From contig CM097885.1 in the NCBI GenBank assembly GCA_044892525.1, positions 38,752,001 to 38,816,000 of the forward strand: a stretch of DNA of 64,000 nucleotides, given 5' to 3'. The notes under the pieces are model-generated. The model worked only from the letters and a program-made list of their open reading frames with translations. It made no database searches and was not told the DNA's origin. A program made the translations under genes and the position numbers. Below, piece by piece: positions 1 through 13,205 of this stretch. The stretch comes from Schmidtea polychroa. Taxonomy: Eukaryota. Numbering within the stretch: the first letter of the stretch is position 1; each line of letters opens with the position of its first letter.

Positions 1-1693
1 GATTGAGTCTCGATTCGCTGGGAGACGGTTTATTAACGTGAATAAATGGCTGTCCCGGTGCACGAGAGTTTAATGTGAAAAAATCATTGTTCTGTTGCAT
101 TAAGAATTCATTTGGATTTGGTCGAAGCATGATGCGTTGTGGGGCTGTGTATAAGACATCATTCGTTAGCAATTTGTTATTTGGTATATAATTATTGATC
201 GGAGTCATTTTTTGACGATTTTCAACGGCAATCATCTCAGCCAATGCTTGCCGGGAAACATTAATCGAATCAAAATCTATATCGGCTGTATCTTTATATT
301 TCTGATCGAAATGTGAATTCGGTTTCTCCGAGCCAAATATGCGATTTATATCCATTTCGCTTCGATACTCATATTGACCGTAGTTAAGCACACCGTTGTT
401 GTTTGCCTGTTGATTGATGTTGTGATCGTATAACTGATTATTATTGTTGTTATTGTTGATTGCGGCGTGGTTTTGAGAATTTAACTGGTAGAAACTTTCC
501 AGCAGAGAATTCGACGAACCAACTGAATTCAAACTGTTCATAAATGATTTCTGATCTGAAACGCGTGACAGGGGAGATGTGGAATTCAGTGTACTGTGGA
601 ATTCAGTAATATCATTAACAGCTGAGCTATTGAAAGCACTGAATAGGGGAAATTCGGATTTAATATCCGATGATTCAGATTGTAATTGAATACTTTTACT
701 GATAAATTTGAAAGACGATTTATTTATCGGGTCAGTAATTTGAAATTGACCATTTGGAATATGATTATTATCTGTGATATTTGTAGGGGTTGAAATGGAA
801 TTACTTGATGATGTAGACTGCTGTAATTCTTTATAATACATATTTAAATCCTTACATAGAACGACTACAGGATCCAAAGAATCACGATCTGGAATTCTCT
901 GAATTAATTTGATATACTCTTCTCGATTCGATGACAAACAGCAGGAATGAGCAATTATCAAATGATCTATCAGCCTATCAATATCATGGGATATAGGATT
1001 AAATTTTGATGAAAGTTTTAATTCAGAAAATATTTTGGAAAGCATATGGAACATATTTTGACGTAATTCCACTGTTCGTTTATGAGAAACTAACATAGAT
1101 TGTATTTCCTGTAATCTGGATTTAGCAATGATATTAGATAAGTTAGCCGCTTAGTTAGTTTCTAATTGTTCAAATCTTGAACAATGTTCTGGCACTTCTG
1201 ACACCAATGTGGTGGTTGTGGTAATCCCATCTGGTAATTTGGCAATAGTTGCACCACTTTTCAATTGATCATCTATTTTGTCTATTTCAATTAATATTTT
1301 ACTTTGTTCAACTTCTGATTTTAAGTTACAAGTTTGCAAAAGATCTGATTTGTTCTTGAATAAATTAGACATTTCATTGAAGAAATTTTGTTCGATTTTC
1401 TCTAAAACATTTCCACTATAATTCATTATAGAATCGGAATCCGTGAGTGACGTAAAATTTCTTCCATCGAATTCGACTTTAATTTTTTCATATAATTTAT
1501 CTGCTATAAATCGGCAATTATGACCATTTATTAATAATGCAGCAAAATGCAAGTTATCATTTCCAGAGTTCTCTACATTGAGATATTTTAGAGAATCCAG
1601 GCATTCGAATGAATCTTTGGAATAACAATAAGAATTTTTAGCTAGCGAAAAACAACCCCATTGAGGTTTTTGCATATCGTTTATTTTACTCAT
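1..1693 (-). pseudogene. Long minus-strand reading frame of unknown function (Ser/Asn-rich C-terminal half) with one in-frame TAA; runs off the window edge
   Basis: The 1151..1693 ORF continues in the same frame past TAA 1151-1153 (AANLSNIIAKSRLQEIQSM...) with no further stop that I found down to position 1. No family motif recognised. Confidence 0.4.
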
Positions 1694-2402
1694 AAAAATA
1701 TTCTGATGAATAAGTCAAATTGCAGATAAAGATATTTTTAATTTAAATTACAAAGTTTTTAATTTGAATTCCAAAATTTACACATTAAAGTAAAACAAAA
1801 ATATATAATAGAAACTACATAAAAAATGCAATTATAATCAGACCAGATAAACATATTCAACAACCATTTCTCATTTACAAAATGTTAACTAAATATAATA
1901 ATTTCATATAGTCCGATTATTTCTAAAGATTTTACAGCCTGCCGATTTGTCCATGAACCAATTTGACCATTGCCATTCGCATACAATATTTGAGGAAATG
2001 TATATCCTTTGCCATTCTGATCCTTTTTTGCATAATCACATTGATCAGAATTTGTAAAGACGTGTGGTGGTTTGATGAAAAGATCTATTCGGGTTCATAT
2101 TATTGTTAGGATTTGTTACGTATTTCGCGAATTGTAATGGATGAGGATGTAGGTCTATGGGAGCCGAATACAGTTTATCTTGATAATGATAACATGACAT
2201 CGAATTTGCTTTACTCGTCTGAGATTGATTAATAGAGCCTGATTGATAAGTGGAAGTATTAGCTGATCGCACGAATTTTGATTGACTGTAATTGTATTCT
2301 GCTTGGTCCTTATTCGCTGGTGACCGCGCATTTATAGATATAATATAATATAATATAATATAATATAATAGGTATATAGATATTGTTAAGGCCGTGTAAC
2401 GG

Positions 2403-3080
2403 CTCACTACATGGAGCAACTGGAAAATAGACCAAGGAGCGACCACGTCAAAAGATACAACTTACAATCCGCCAAAACGAAAAGAAACCGGAACAGCTAT
2501 GGATCGACTAACAACAGGAAGGCCAAAAACAGATAAAGCAGAGGCAGAACCAAAATCCAAAATTCAGGCGCAAATGGAACAGGTAAAACCTAAAATGGAT
2601 AAACTAAGTGCATCAGTAAAACAAGTCAAAGTGAAAACAAGCGTCCCGGAACAAAGGACACGATGGATAAACGACTTATTAGCTAACATGTTAGCGTTAG
2701 CAAATCCAGATGTGAAAAGAGTAATGAGGAAGGATAATATCCCGACCGAAGCCAAACAATTATGGGCGGTATTGAAACCGATAATAATGAAAATCATGGA
2801 TAATAAAATTCGATTAACGTTAAAAGATCCCGTGGAACTCAGATTAATTGTGGAACATCTATTAAGCAGATCAGAGGACCAAAATCGATAGTTAGTGGGA
2901 TTAGCATATTTAGTATATAACGTTATTGGTCAATATAAAAAACGAATGCCAAAATATAACGCACCTGGTTATGAATTCACAGTAACAGAAATAATCAAAC
3001 GATCAATATAACCATATATATTTGAACAAGGGGGATGGAGGAACTTCATCGAATCAACTGGGAAGAAAGATCAAACGGAA
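2403..3080 (+). pseudogene. Decayed ORF segment with a Bcl-2-like helical domain, in frame with the downstream glycoprotein
   Basis: ORF 2499..2891 reads on through TAG 2889-2891 and TAA 3009-3011: ...LIVEHLLSRSEDQNR*LVGLAYLVYNV...IIKRSI*PYIFEQGGWRNFIES..., matching the BH2 pattern (W/Y)IxxxGGWxxF. Same frame as ATG 3081. Confidence 0.5.
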
Positions 3081-4439
3081 ATGATGCAAGCAAAGTTACG
3101 CGATTTGCTAACTGAATTCGAAGGGACAATCAATATGAACGACCCAAGAGCAAGCCGAAAGGGAATGAACGCCATAATAACTACGATATTGATATGGATG
3201 ATGTGTATCAAAGGAACAGAGTCATTTGCAGTATACGACTGTGACAACATAAAAATCCATGAGAAATATTCATTAAAGGATACGGAAGACTGTAAAGCGG
3301 CAAATCCAAGAAAACTACAAACATTTACGGCATCAGTCTCATATAATAATATCAAGAAGCAGATTTCATCAAAACCATGGTCCAAGAGTGTATGGTAACC
3401 AGAAAGATATTCGCGCACCACTGCGGTTCATCCTCCCACTCAACAATCATAGAACCGGGATTGGAATCGACAGTAATACTACTATCAAGAGAGGAATGCG
3501 AGGAAGGATTCCGATCGGGGAGAATCCACTTAAGGCAAGGGATTGAAATTGCTGCAGAACCAGGGAAAATAAAAACGACTCGCGTGTATACGGCAGGCAG
3601 AATAACCAAAGGAGACGGAACATGTGAGACAGGAACTTACACCCTGAACGGACAACTGGTTAGTGGAGTGGTAGTAATACGAAGCTAAATTAGAAAGGTA
3701 TCAAGGTTATTTCGACCCTGACACGCAAGCAATGAAGAAATACCCAAGCTGTCTCGCATCAGATCGATCATGTTCAACCGGAATGTCAACTCTGGTATAC
3801 CATGCGGATCAGAAAGCATGTCGATTAATGTTACTCAAGACAGCAATATTCGAAGAAATCCAAGGGAAAGTGTACAGTGAACCAAAAGGAGAAGCAGAAA
3901 AACGAGCGATGGAAGAGTTTAGAGCAAGGAAAGGATTCTGAGAAGACGTAATAACATCGAAATTGGAATCGGAAGTGACACCCACAGCGATAATCTCCAA
4001 AGACGATGGAATAGGAATGAGGTTCATAAAGAACAAAGTGGTGACTAAATGCGATGAGATGGTGATCAGCACCAATTACAAAGGAATCTACTTATCGCAG
4101 AGAACCCTAGCAAATGCAGTCGGAAGACTAAGCGAAAAAGATGTCAAATTATATTTATATGCTAATAATAAGATGGATTTTTTATATCACCGAGGATTAA
4201 CATCTATGGAAAAGTTCTATCACGATCTGTTAAGAAACGATTGCCTACTCAACAAGGAAATATTGAGAACAAAATTAGCAATGGCAATTACAAATCCAGA
4301 TAACGCAATTCCGTTACTACCATTACAGGAAGGATATTTCGGACGAATCGTGGGCGAAGTAATGTACACTTACCAATGCAAAAAGATAATGGAAAATAAT
4401 GGATATACATCAGCAGTGACACTTGAGCAGTATGACTAG
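3081..4439 (+). pseudogene. Chuvirus/Jingchuvirales-like envelope glycoprotein relic (endogenous viral element or retroelement env), frameshifted and 3'-truncated
   Basis: Signal-like MNAIITTILIWMMCIKGTES followed by FAVYDC; then VQECMV..HHCGSSSH, EECEE, GTCETGTY..GVVV, NNKMDFLY..NDCLLNKEIL..LAM..NP..GYFGRIVGEVMYTYQC. This Cys spacing is characteristic of chuvirus-type glycoproteins. Split over 4 ORFs. Confidence 0.7.
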
Positions 4440-4764
4440 CCTTAAAATTCCAAAGAATCATGATTCTGGGCCAAATTAATTCAAAAATTCTCTTTTGAAG
4501 AGTCAAAATTAATTTTTTAAATTCTAATTGTTTTTTTAAATGAAGCGATTTTTAGTTAATTTCTATTGTTTGTTTAAATGATGCTTTTATATTTATTTTT
4601 CTTAATGAAAAGTTCTTATTAAATTTAATTTTTAAATTTTCATTCACTAAAAAGCCAAAAAATAAATTTATCAATAAAAATAAAATCTTCAATGAAACAA
4701 CACATGGACTTTTCTTCTTTAAAATGAACACAACCTTTTCAAAACACGAATTTGCAATAATTAT

Positions 4765-5316
<552 letters not shown>

Positions 5317-5817
5317 GTAGGATGTCAGGACTCTAGCGCACTTTCAAGGTCATACCAATATCCAGATCAAATATAGGTCATTGAATCATTTATTTTATTT
5401 TATTTATTTATTTTTTATTTATTTTTAATTAATTTTTAATTAATTATTTATTTAATTATTTATTTATTTATTATTATTATTATTATTTTTTATTTATTTT
5501 TTTATTTTTTTTTATTATTATTAATTTACATTTACATTTAATATATTTTAACAAGTGTGTAAATTGTAACAATCATATTTCAATTTGAACAAAATTTTAA
5601 TTAGTAATTATCATAAATAAAGCTTTGTTAATTTAAAATAAAATGGGCATTAATTTTCAAAACAAAACAAAGTTTTTCATAAAAAATAATAATTCTTACG
5701 TAAAATTATTTATCTAAAATAATTGGACAAATGAATTATTAAATGATAAAACATATTTTAATTAACGAAGTCAAATTATTCACAATATATATTTTATTAT
5801 TCACATAAATTTAATGG

Positions 5818-8030
5818 TTAAAGTGCTTGTTTCGATTTGTATTCATTTGTAAACGGAGCAGTTGCGATATGCATTTGACGAATCTTATAGTGACCGTAGG
5901 CATAGCTTTCATTAGAATTGAACCAATACCTTTTATCATTCAAACATTGGAGAGCTTGTTTTTCTGTCATGAAAGTATAAAACTGATGATTGACACTTCC
6001 TATTCTCTTTTGTTGGATGCTCACTGTTCCACCATCAGTATACACTTTTTATAGGCTTCATGGGTGATATTAAAATTTGTAAGACTTATTCCTTTGGTTT
6101 TTAGAGTTTCTTTATCTCCTTGAAGTGAGTAGCACTTGGGTCGAAGGAACACCCATTCTTTATATTGATTTCCTTTATTCTCACCCTTGACTTTCCCGAT
6201 TACAGAACAAATTTTATTTGAGAACAGCGGATCGGTCACTGGATAATTTGAAGTATCTAGGAGCCCATCGCCAATCATTTTTGGATATAGTTGTAAGCGT
6301 TAATTTACATTTTTACACTCTAAAAAGAAGGAATCTGTGTCACCAGCTACGATATTAATTTGACAATTGAATTCTTCTCTATAACTCTGTAGCTCTTTAT
6401 ATTAAAACTGGTACATGCGAAGTTTAGATAAATCAAGTACGGTTAATCCAAACATCCATTGATGTAGCCATATCATAAGGAAAAATGGTTTTACAAGTCA
6501 TCATCTGTGATTCGAAGACATCTGAGGTCAGTGGAAGACATGGTAAATTTTTTGATAAATTTGCTAAGCTGCTATTTAAAAATTGTAAAGAACCAATGAA
6601 TCTAATTCTTCTGCCTTTCGATGTTGCTGTAAGTGTGAAAAACCTTTCTGTTGATTGTGGAATAACATTTAAATTCCAATCTGGTAATTTTCCAATTGCA
6701 TATTTTAATATATGATGAATGTCATATCCACGAAGATTGTGAAATACAACAGGTAAAGACGGATTGATTCTTCTAGCCAAATTACAATCTTGACATGCTG
6801 CTCCGAGATATTGACCGGTAAAATGATCATGATCTCGAACAGGTATATTGATAATCTTTTTACAAAGGTAGCAATGAGTTTGGTTCGTAAATTCTTCCTG
6901 TTGTTCCCAAGTGAGTTTCATCATTTCCTTCGATCTATTAATTTTATACCACGGATAAACTATGTCTGTAGCTATATCATCCAATGCTTGTATAAACTGA
7001 ATGATAGAGTTTTTCGCAACAAATGTTTCATTTCGAATCGGATGACCTTGATGAAGAAGCACAAATTCAGATGCAATCGGCTCATGTTAGTCGTCTAGAG
7101 GTAATATCGATTCAAAGTCCGTGTATACAACAAACTGCTGTTTTATAGTTTTACTCCAGTCTTTAAATTCGATATATTTATTCTCTGGCATTGAGTATAG
7201 AGTCGTCCGCTCCACATTCTTCCTACAAAGACCTATATGTCTTTCAAAAGCAGGACGTTTTTGAAACCCGTGAAGACACGTATGGCACCAATGTGATTGG
7301 ATTCTGACTCCTTCTACTCTATCTCTGTAATTGAGCAGTCGATTGAGATTGGTTACAGCCAAATAATGATAATTTAATTCTAAAATTTAGTTAATATTTT
7401 TAATGATTAAAAGAAAATATTACCTTCTTCAATTAATAAGAGATATATCTGAGATCCCGTTGAAGTACTTCTATATACCAAGTCAACGAACGGATTCTTG
7501 AAAATATTTTCACTATTCTGTTTAATTGGATCTTTATTATATTTGAGAACATTGATTGATATATTTGGATTCATTGCTTCAAATTGACAAATGTTAACAA
7601 GTTTCATTGGAAACCATTCAAATTTCCATTTTAAATCTTAAAAAAAAAGAAAATCAATTTATGACATTTATAAATATATATATTACCACTTAAGTTATAT
7701 TTTGTTGTTCTTTCTCTAACCCGACGTATATCATCATAATGTATGACGGCTAGTATGCTATATAAAAAGCAGAATTGATCATTATTTTGACAGTTTTTTA
7801 GGTTTTTGGCGTTTTAATGTAACTTGAAACTAAGTAAATATCTTGATTTATATATATAATAAAGTTTAAAACTTACCACATACATGTATTATGTCTGATA
7901 ATTTAGTTAAAATCATAGTAACTTCTAATATTTTATGAATTCTCCATCCACTACTTTGTTGAGTGTATTTCTCCAACTTTTCTTTTAATTTTTCAATTCT
8001 ATCATTAATAAATGAAGATGACATTGTAAT
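5818..8030 (-). mobile_element. Degraded Polinton-type protein-primed DNA polymerase B relic with an internal deletion
   Basis: Minus-strand fragments: CHTCLHGF..HIGLC, VYTDFES (Exo I), DHDHFTGQYLGAACQDCNL, VVFHNLRGYD (Exo II), FPYD, then GLTVLDLSKLRMY, AGDTDSF (motif C), FLRPKCYS, DKRYW. Many stops and frameshifts. Confidence 0.85.
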
Positions 8031-8122
8031 TGCTTTATTCGACAAACACCATCACAACCCTGGCCTCTATATGGCTATCAGAATTGCTCTCAGAACGAGC
8101 CAAACCCCAACACAAGGGGATG

Positions 8123-8419
8123 GCAAGGGTCATTTTGAAAGTTTTTATGGATGGTCAAAATCCAAAAATTATATTTTTAAAATTAAAGTCGTGTAAAAAG
8201 ATGACCAAATTGTTGGTGTGGAGATAGAGATGCATGTGTTCTACATTATGTTGCTACTTAGACCTTCGAGAGTTCAACCATGGTGTTTCAAAACTTTCAA
8301 AGGGTTAAAAATTTTGATTTTCTCAAACATGATTTAAAAGATCGGCACTATCATGGAGAATATGTTGGGCAATACCTTACAAGGTTTCACAAGGGTCGAA
8401 GGTCACCAAGATCAAAAGT
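8123..8419 (+). repeat. ~300-bp interspersed repeat; inverted copy at 12651-12948
   Basis: gcaagggtcattttgaaagtttttatggatggtcaaaatcc...ggtcaccaagatcaaaagt is the reverse complement, with scattered mismatches, of 12651-12948. Confidence 0.85.
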
Positions 8420-8437
8420 GTTGGATTCTTCGTTTGG

Positions 8438-9330
8438 TGATAATATTTGTAAATTTTAATTTTTCACTCTGACTCCAAAGCATGTTTTATTAATTCACAA
8501 ATTAACAATCCCGAACAAGATAAACCTTTATTAATAATCACAATAGATCGTACAAGTTGCAATTACAACCAATTAATTCCAAATCAATTAATTACACAGA
8601 GCTTATTACGACACTACGTGAAGAATAGCCCTTCTCGTATAATTTTCTGTAACAGTAACAATAATAACTAACCGTCAACCAACTCAATCACAGGGTACTT
8701 TGATCGATTGTTCTATTTGCTTTTACCACAACTTTATTCACCCCCATTCCACTTTTTATTCAATTTTACAAAAGATTCTCGTCACTCTCCCAATTAATTA
8801 TTTATTATCAACCAGTTTCTTCTGTCACTCTGGTTTCACTCTATTTTAACTCTGTTTTAATTTTCCGTTAAATTCTTTTTTAACTCTCCTGTTAGTTCTC
8901 CATTTTACTTTCCTTTTTCTTCTGTCTTCTGACTTCTGTGTCTTTTTTTTATAGCTTGCCACATTTGCGGTACTTGAAATAATTTTGTTTTTCCATTTTT
9001 CTTTTCTCTGTATTCCCCGCTATTTCAACCTTATCTCTGACAGATGTCGAGATATGTCCTGTTTTCCCTTTTTGTGTTATGCCGACTTTCCTGCCATTTC
9101 GATATCTTTGACAAGCTGTCAAAATACGGCTTTTCACATGTTTTTGTTTTTCTGGAATTTGAAATTCCTTCTCCGTTTGCACTTCTTAATTAACAATGAC
9201 GTTTGTTTTAATTTCTTGTTTGTTTTCTTTTATTTGATTTATCTTTCTCATTTTTTATTTCTTTTTACTTCCGTTTTCTTCTCCGAGGTCCCATAGATCG
9301 TCCCGTTTGTCATGACGATCTCTCCCCACC
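8438..9330 (-). mobile_element. Possible LTR-retrotransposon 3' end (polypurine tract plus LTR)
   Basis: Minus strand reads purine tract TGGTGGGGAGAGA then (c)GTCATGAC... and ends ...ATTATCA near 8438; purine-rich low-complexity body. No TSD or coding motif confirmed. Confidence 0.25.
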
Positions 9331-9449
9331 AGGTAATTTACTTATTTATTATATTATTTGCTATTTAGGTATCCTCAACAAAAGTAATATCTACATATTG
9401 TAACGAAGAAATAGAAATTTGACAAAATTTTACTTCAAAAGATAAGGCA

Positions 9450-12065
9450 TTTCTAACGAAATCGGCCGGATTTTGCAAAACTCCGATTAATCGGTATTGA
9501 CAACCAGTAGATCTACTGATAAATTGATAATTTAATATTTAAATATTACTACATTTATTAAAAACGTACATTTTCATTTTTTAATTATTTTTAATTGGCG
9601 TGGTTTACGCATCTTTACCAAATTAATTATCTATTTATAGGCTAAAGTCGGTAGGAATAATCTTAATTACTTTACGATCCGAAAAACCTATGGAAAGACT
9701 GATGTAGCCCCATAAACCACATGATATGCCATAGTCTTGTAAATAATTTCAACTACTCAAGAAAATGCAAGAACCACATGAGCCAATTCCATTCCAGATG
9801 CATAATTATTAAAAGTGAGTGACAAAACTGGAACACAAGAATCTGACTATGGGATAGGTCCGTTCAGTTTTTTTAACCCCTCCCACTTTCTACTCATGCA
9901 ATTTACAAAATAAGTTATTTATCATTAGCATTAGAATCTAATGATTAGATAGTTCATCGTGACATAAACTACATTCAAAAGTTTAGTAGTAAGTTTATAA
10001 TATAAAACTAATCGTTATTTATTACCGACTAATTTATTTTAATTATTTATAACGATCTCTAAAAAAAATAAAATGACGCAGACACGTAGCAAGATTGGTA
10101 AAAGTCAGAATAGTCAAATATGGAAGTCAAAAAAAAGAGTCGACAGATCGTGAAAAATTAGCCGACTGCAAACCCCTAGAAACAACCGACATCCAACAAA
10201 TGCCATTATATCCCAAAAAAATCGTCGACAAAAAACAGTCACATTATGTAAATAAATTCATTAATTATAGTATTAATAGTATTAATTAATATTCATTCTG
10301 TTGTGTTTTAATTATGTTTATTAATTTCATTTTTTATGAATTATGTAAATACATTAAATACATTATTATAACAAAAATTGAAATGTCTTTTGATACAAGT
10401 TTTGTATTTGTTACAAGTGTTTTGTTTCTGTTATTGGAAAATTATTGTTCGTGTGGCATTTAAACAACGGTATGAGTTCTTAACACTAATTTTTGACAAA
10501 AAAACTCTTACCCCCTCCCCCCGGTATTTAATTATAAATACATCTAGAATATTTACTACCTACTACATTAATAACATCTCCTAGTTAACTAACACCCATT
10601 TAAAAAAATTGTATTATTTTTGACCCCTAAAGATTTGACTATTTTTTTAGGATTTAATATTGTCGGCTATTTTTTTGTACTACATTTTCGACGATTTTTT
10701 CGGGTTTCAACATTTAGCTTCCATATTTGACTATTCTAACCCTCACCGCAAGATTTGGAATTTTTTTAAAGTTTATGCTTTTGATGAATCGAAAACCATT
10801 TGATTAGTCTACAAAGATAAACTCAAAAAAGGTTCCAGCGGACTCATCAGCCATTTACTCGCAAAATACTCTGATGAGTTTAAGAGATACAATGGAAACT
10901 GCAACTCGAAAATAAAAGGCAAAGCTGAGGAAGAAAATATATCTGCTAAGAAATCGAAAATGCAGACTCTCGAGATGCTTCTAGAAAAGAAAAAAACGTT
11001 TGAAGCCAACAACCCACCCAAGTAGCAATAACCAGGAAGATAGATGAGATCATGGCGTCGGATATTATGCCCTTCAGCGTCGTGACCAACGTCGGTTTTC
11101 AGCCCTTCATCCGCTAAATTTAACCACGTTATGTAATTCCGACCCAGGTTTATTTTTCAAGAACCCTGATTCTTGACATGATTCTTGACATGTTCTAACA
11201 TGTTCTGTATTCCACAGTCAATAACAAAGTTGAACTTCTGCTGGATAAAGCCGTTATGATCAACTTCACAAGTGACGTATCGACGAGAACAAACAATCTG
11301 AACGCATTTATTTCACTTACTGTTCATTGGATTGACAGTGAATGGAATCAGAAGTTTATTGTGTTGTCTCTCAGATACCTGGATGATCGTCACCCGAGTC
11401 AGCTAATTTAAGAGAATATCCTTGCCATTATGGATGTATAGTCCATCCCAAATCATAAACGCTGCGTGTTATTCCGTGACAATAGTACCAGCGTGATCAA
11501 GAAGGCCCAATTGACTGGTCTGGGTCATTTGGGTTGTTTTATTTATACCATACAACTGGTCGTGAAGGTCGACTTAAAAGAATCAAGCAGCTGTAGTCAA
11601 TGCTATGACGAAAGCACATGCACTGGTAGGTCGCTTCCGACATTCAATACACTCCATAGAAGCACTACTTCGAATTCAAAAGTCGCTCACCTCTAGAAAT
11701 GGTACGCAGGATGTGAGTACGAGACGGAACTCAACCTTTTATATGCTAGAGCGTCTACTTGAATAGAAGAAGGTCATTACAATCTACTGCCAAGACAAAG
11801 ATGAATTTCTGAACCTGACAGCCAACGAGTTAAATCTTATGGCACGCATTTTGATTACTCTCCCTCCATTTGGGTAGGAGACTAAGAATAGGAGCCTGTT
11901 CACTGTTAATGCCGCATACTACATTGTCACGACGTCCACTCGTCCAGTCATCCATGCGACCTGGACACAAAAATCAATTGTTAAATTAACATTAATTAGA
12001 CCAGATTAATCGGACCGAATCCGGTATCGCCAAAAGGGGGTGGTAAAAACCGGAATCGGAAATCT
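9450..12065 (+). mobile_element. hAT (Ac/ZBED1-ZBED4-like) DNA transposon relic
   Basis: Removing the 10097-10747 insertion gives MTQTRSKIWNFFK..TI*LVY..SHL (decayed BED finger). Downstream: DIMPFSVV..GF, PRYVIP, NFTSD..AFISLTVHWID, CFIYTIQLVVK, QDVSTRRNSTFYMLERL. CCGG/ATCGG-rich subterminal sequence at both ends. Boundaries approximate. Confidence 0.75.
10097..10747. mobile_element. MITE with long imperfect TIRs and 8-bp TSD (Mutator- or Merlin-like), inserted in the hAT transposase start
   Basis: GCAAGATT at 10089-10096 and 10748-10755; ends ggtaaaagtcagaatagtcaaatatggaag / cttccatatttgactattctaaccctcacc. Confidence 0.85.
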
Positions 12066-12650
12066 GCAGAAAAATGACATAATACTAGCTATTAATAAAA
12101 TAACAATAACAATAGTAATAACAATAGTAATAATAATGACAATAATAATAATATTAATAGATCTTTAATGTATGATTAACAAAGACATGTGCAATACAAG
12201 TGCATGAATAATAAAAACGTGCAGTATAAATACATGATTAACAAAAATATGACTAATAAAGACAATAAAATGTATAGATGTTTTTATTAATTCATTTTAA
12301 AAATATAGTCCTTTAATGAGAAATAATCGATTTATGATACTACAACATAATGAATAACATGCCATTCTATAGATATTTGCTTGCTCTTTTTAATGATATA
12401 TAACTTTACAGGATTTGAATAATTTGTCAAGTTTTTAATTTTGAAATCTTTTCAATATTTTTAAAATTTAAAATTTTGATTATCTTTTTAATTTTAAATG
12501 ATAATACATTGATTAATATGTCAGTCAATAGATATGATTATCATATTAAAAAACAGTAGAAAACTTTATAAAGTTGTTAAATTTTTTAAATTTTTAAAAA
12601 ATTAAAATTAAAATGTTTATAAAAAATTTCTAAAACTTTTAAGTTATAAG

Positions 12651-12948
12651 ACTTTTGATCTTGGTGACCTTCAACCTTTGTGAAACCTTGTAAGGTGTTG
12701 TCCAACATATTCTTCATGAAAGTGCCGATCTTTTAAATCATGTTTGAGAAAATCAAAATTTTTAATCTTTTGAAAGTTTTGACACACCATAGTTGACCCC
12801 TCGAAGGTCTAAGTATCACCATAATGTAGAGCACATACATCTCTATCTACACACCAAAATGTTGGTCATCTTTCGACATGACTTTAATTTTAAAAATATA
12901 ATTTTTGGATTTTGACCATCCATAAAAGCTTTATAAAATTACCCTTGC
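12651..12948 (-). repeat. Inverted copy of the 8123-8419 repeat
   Basis: Reverse-complement match to 8123-8419. Confidence 0.85.
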
Positions 12949-13205
12949 AATATCTTGGATCACCACAATAAATATTCGGGCACCCTAAGAAAACCCTTTC
13001 GAAATGAGCCATTGAAATACTTGGTCAGGAACTCTCAATAATCAACTTTGAGATTATTGATTCGATTTTAAAAAGTTGCTTAAATATCCCTTATTTATTG
13101 TCAATTACACACAGTAAAGGGAAATTTAACAACTCTACTTCCCAATCACCATGTAAATATATTGGATTTTGAAGATCTATCCTAAATTTACTTCATTGTT
13201 TATAT

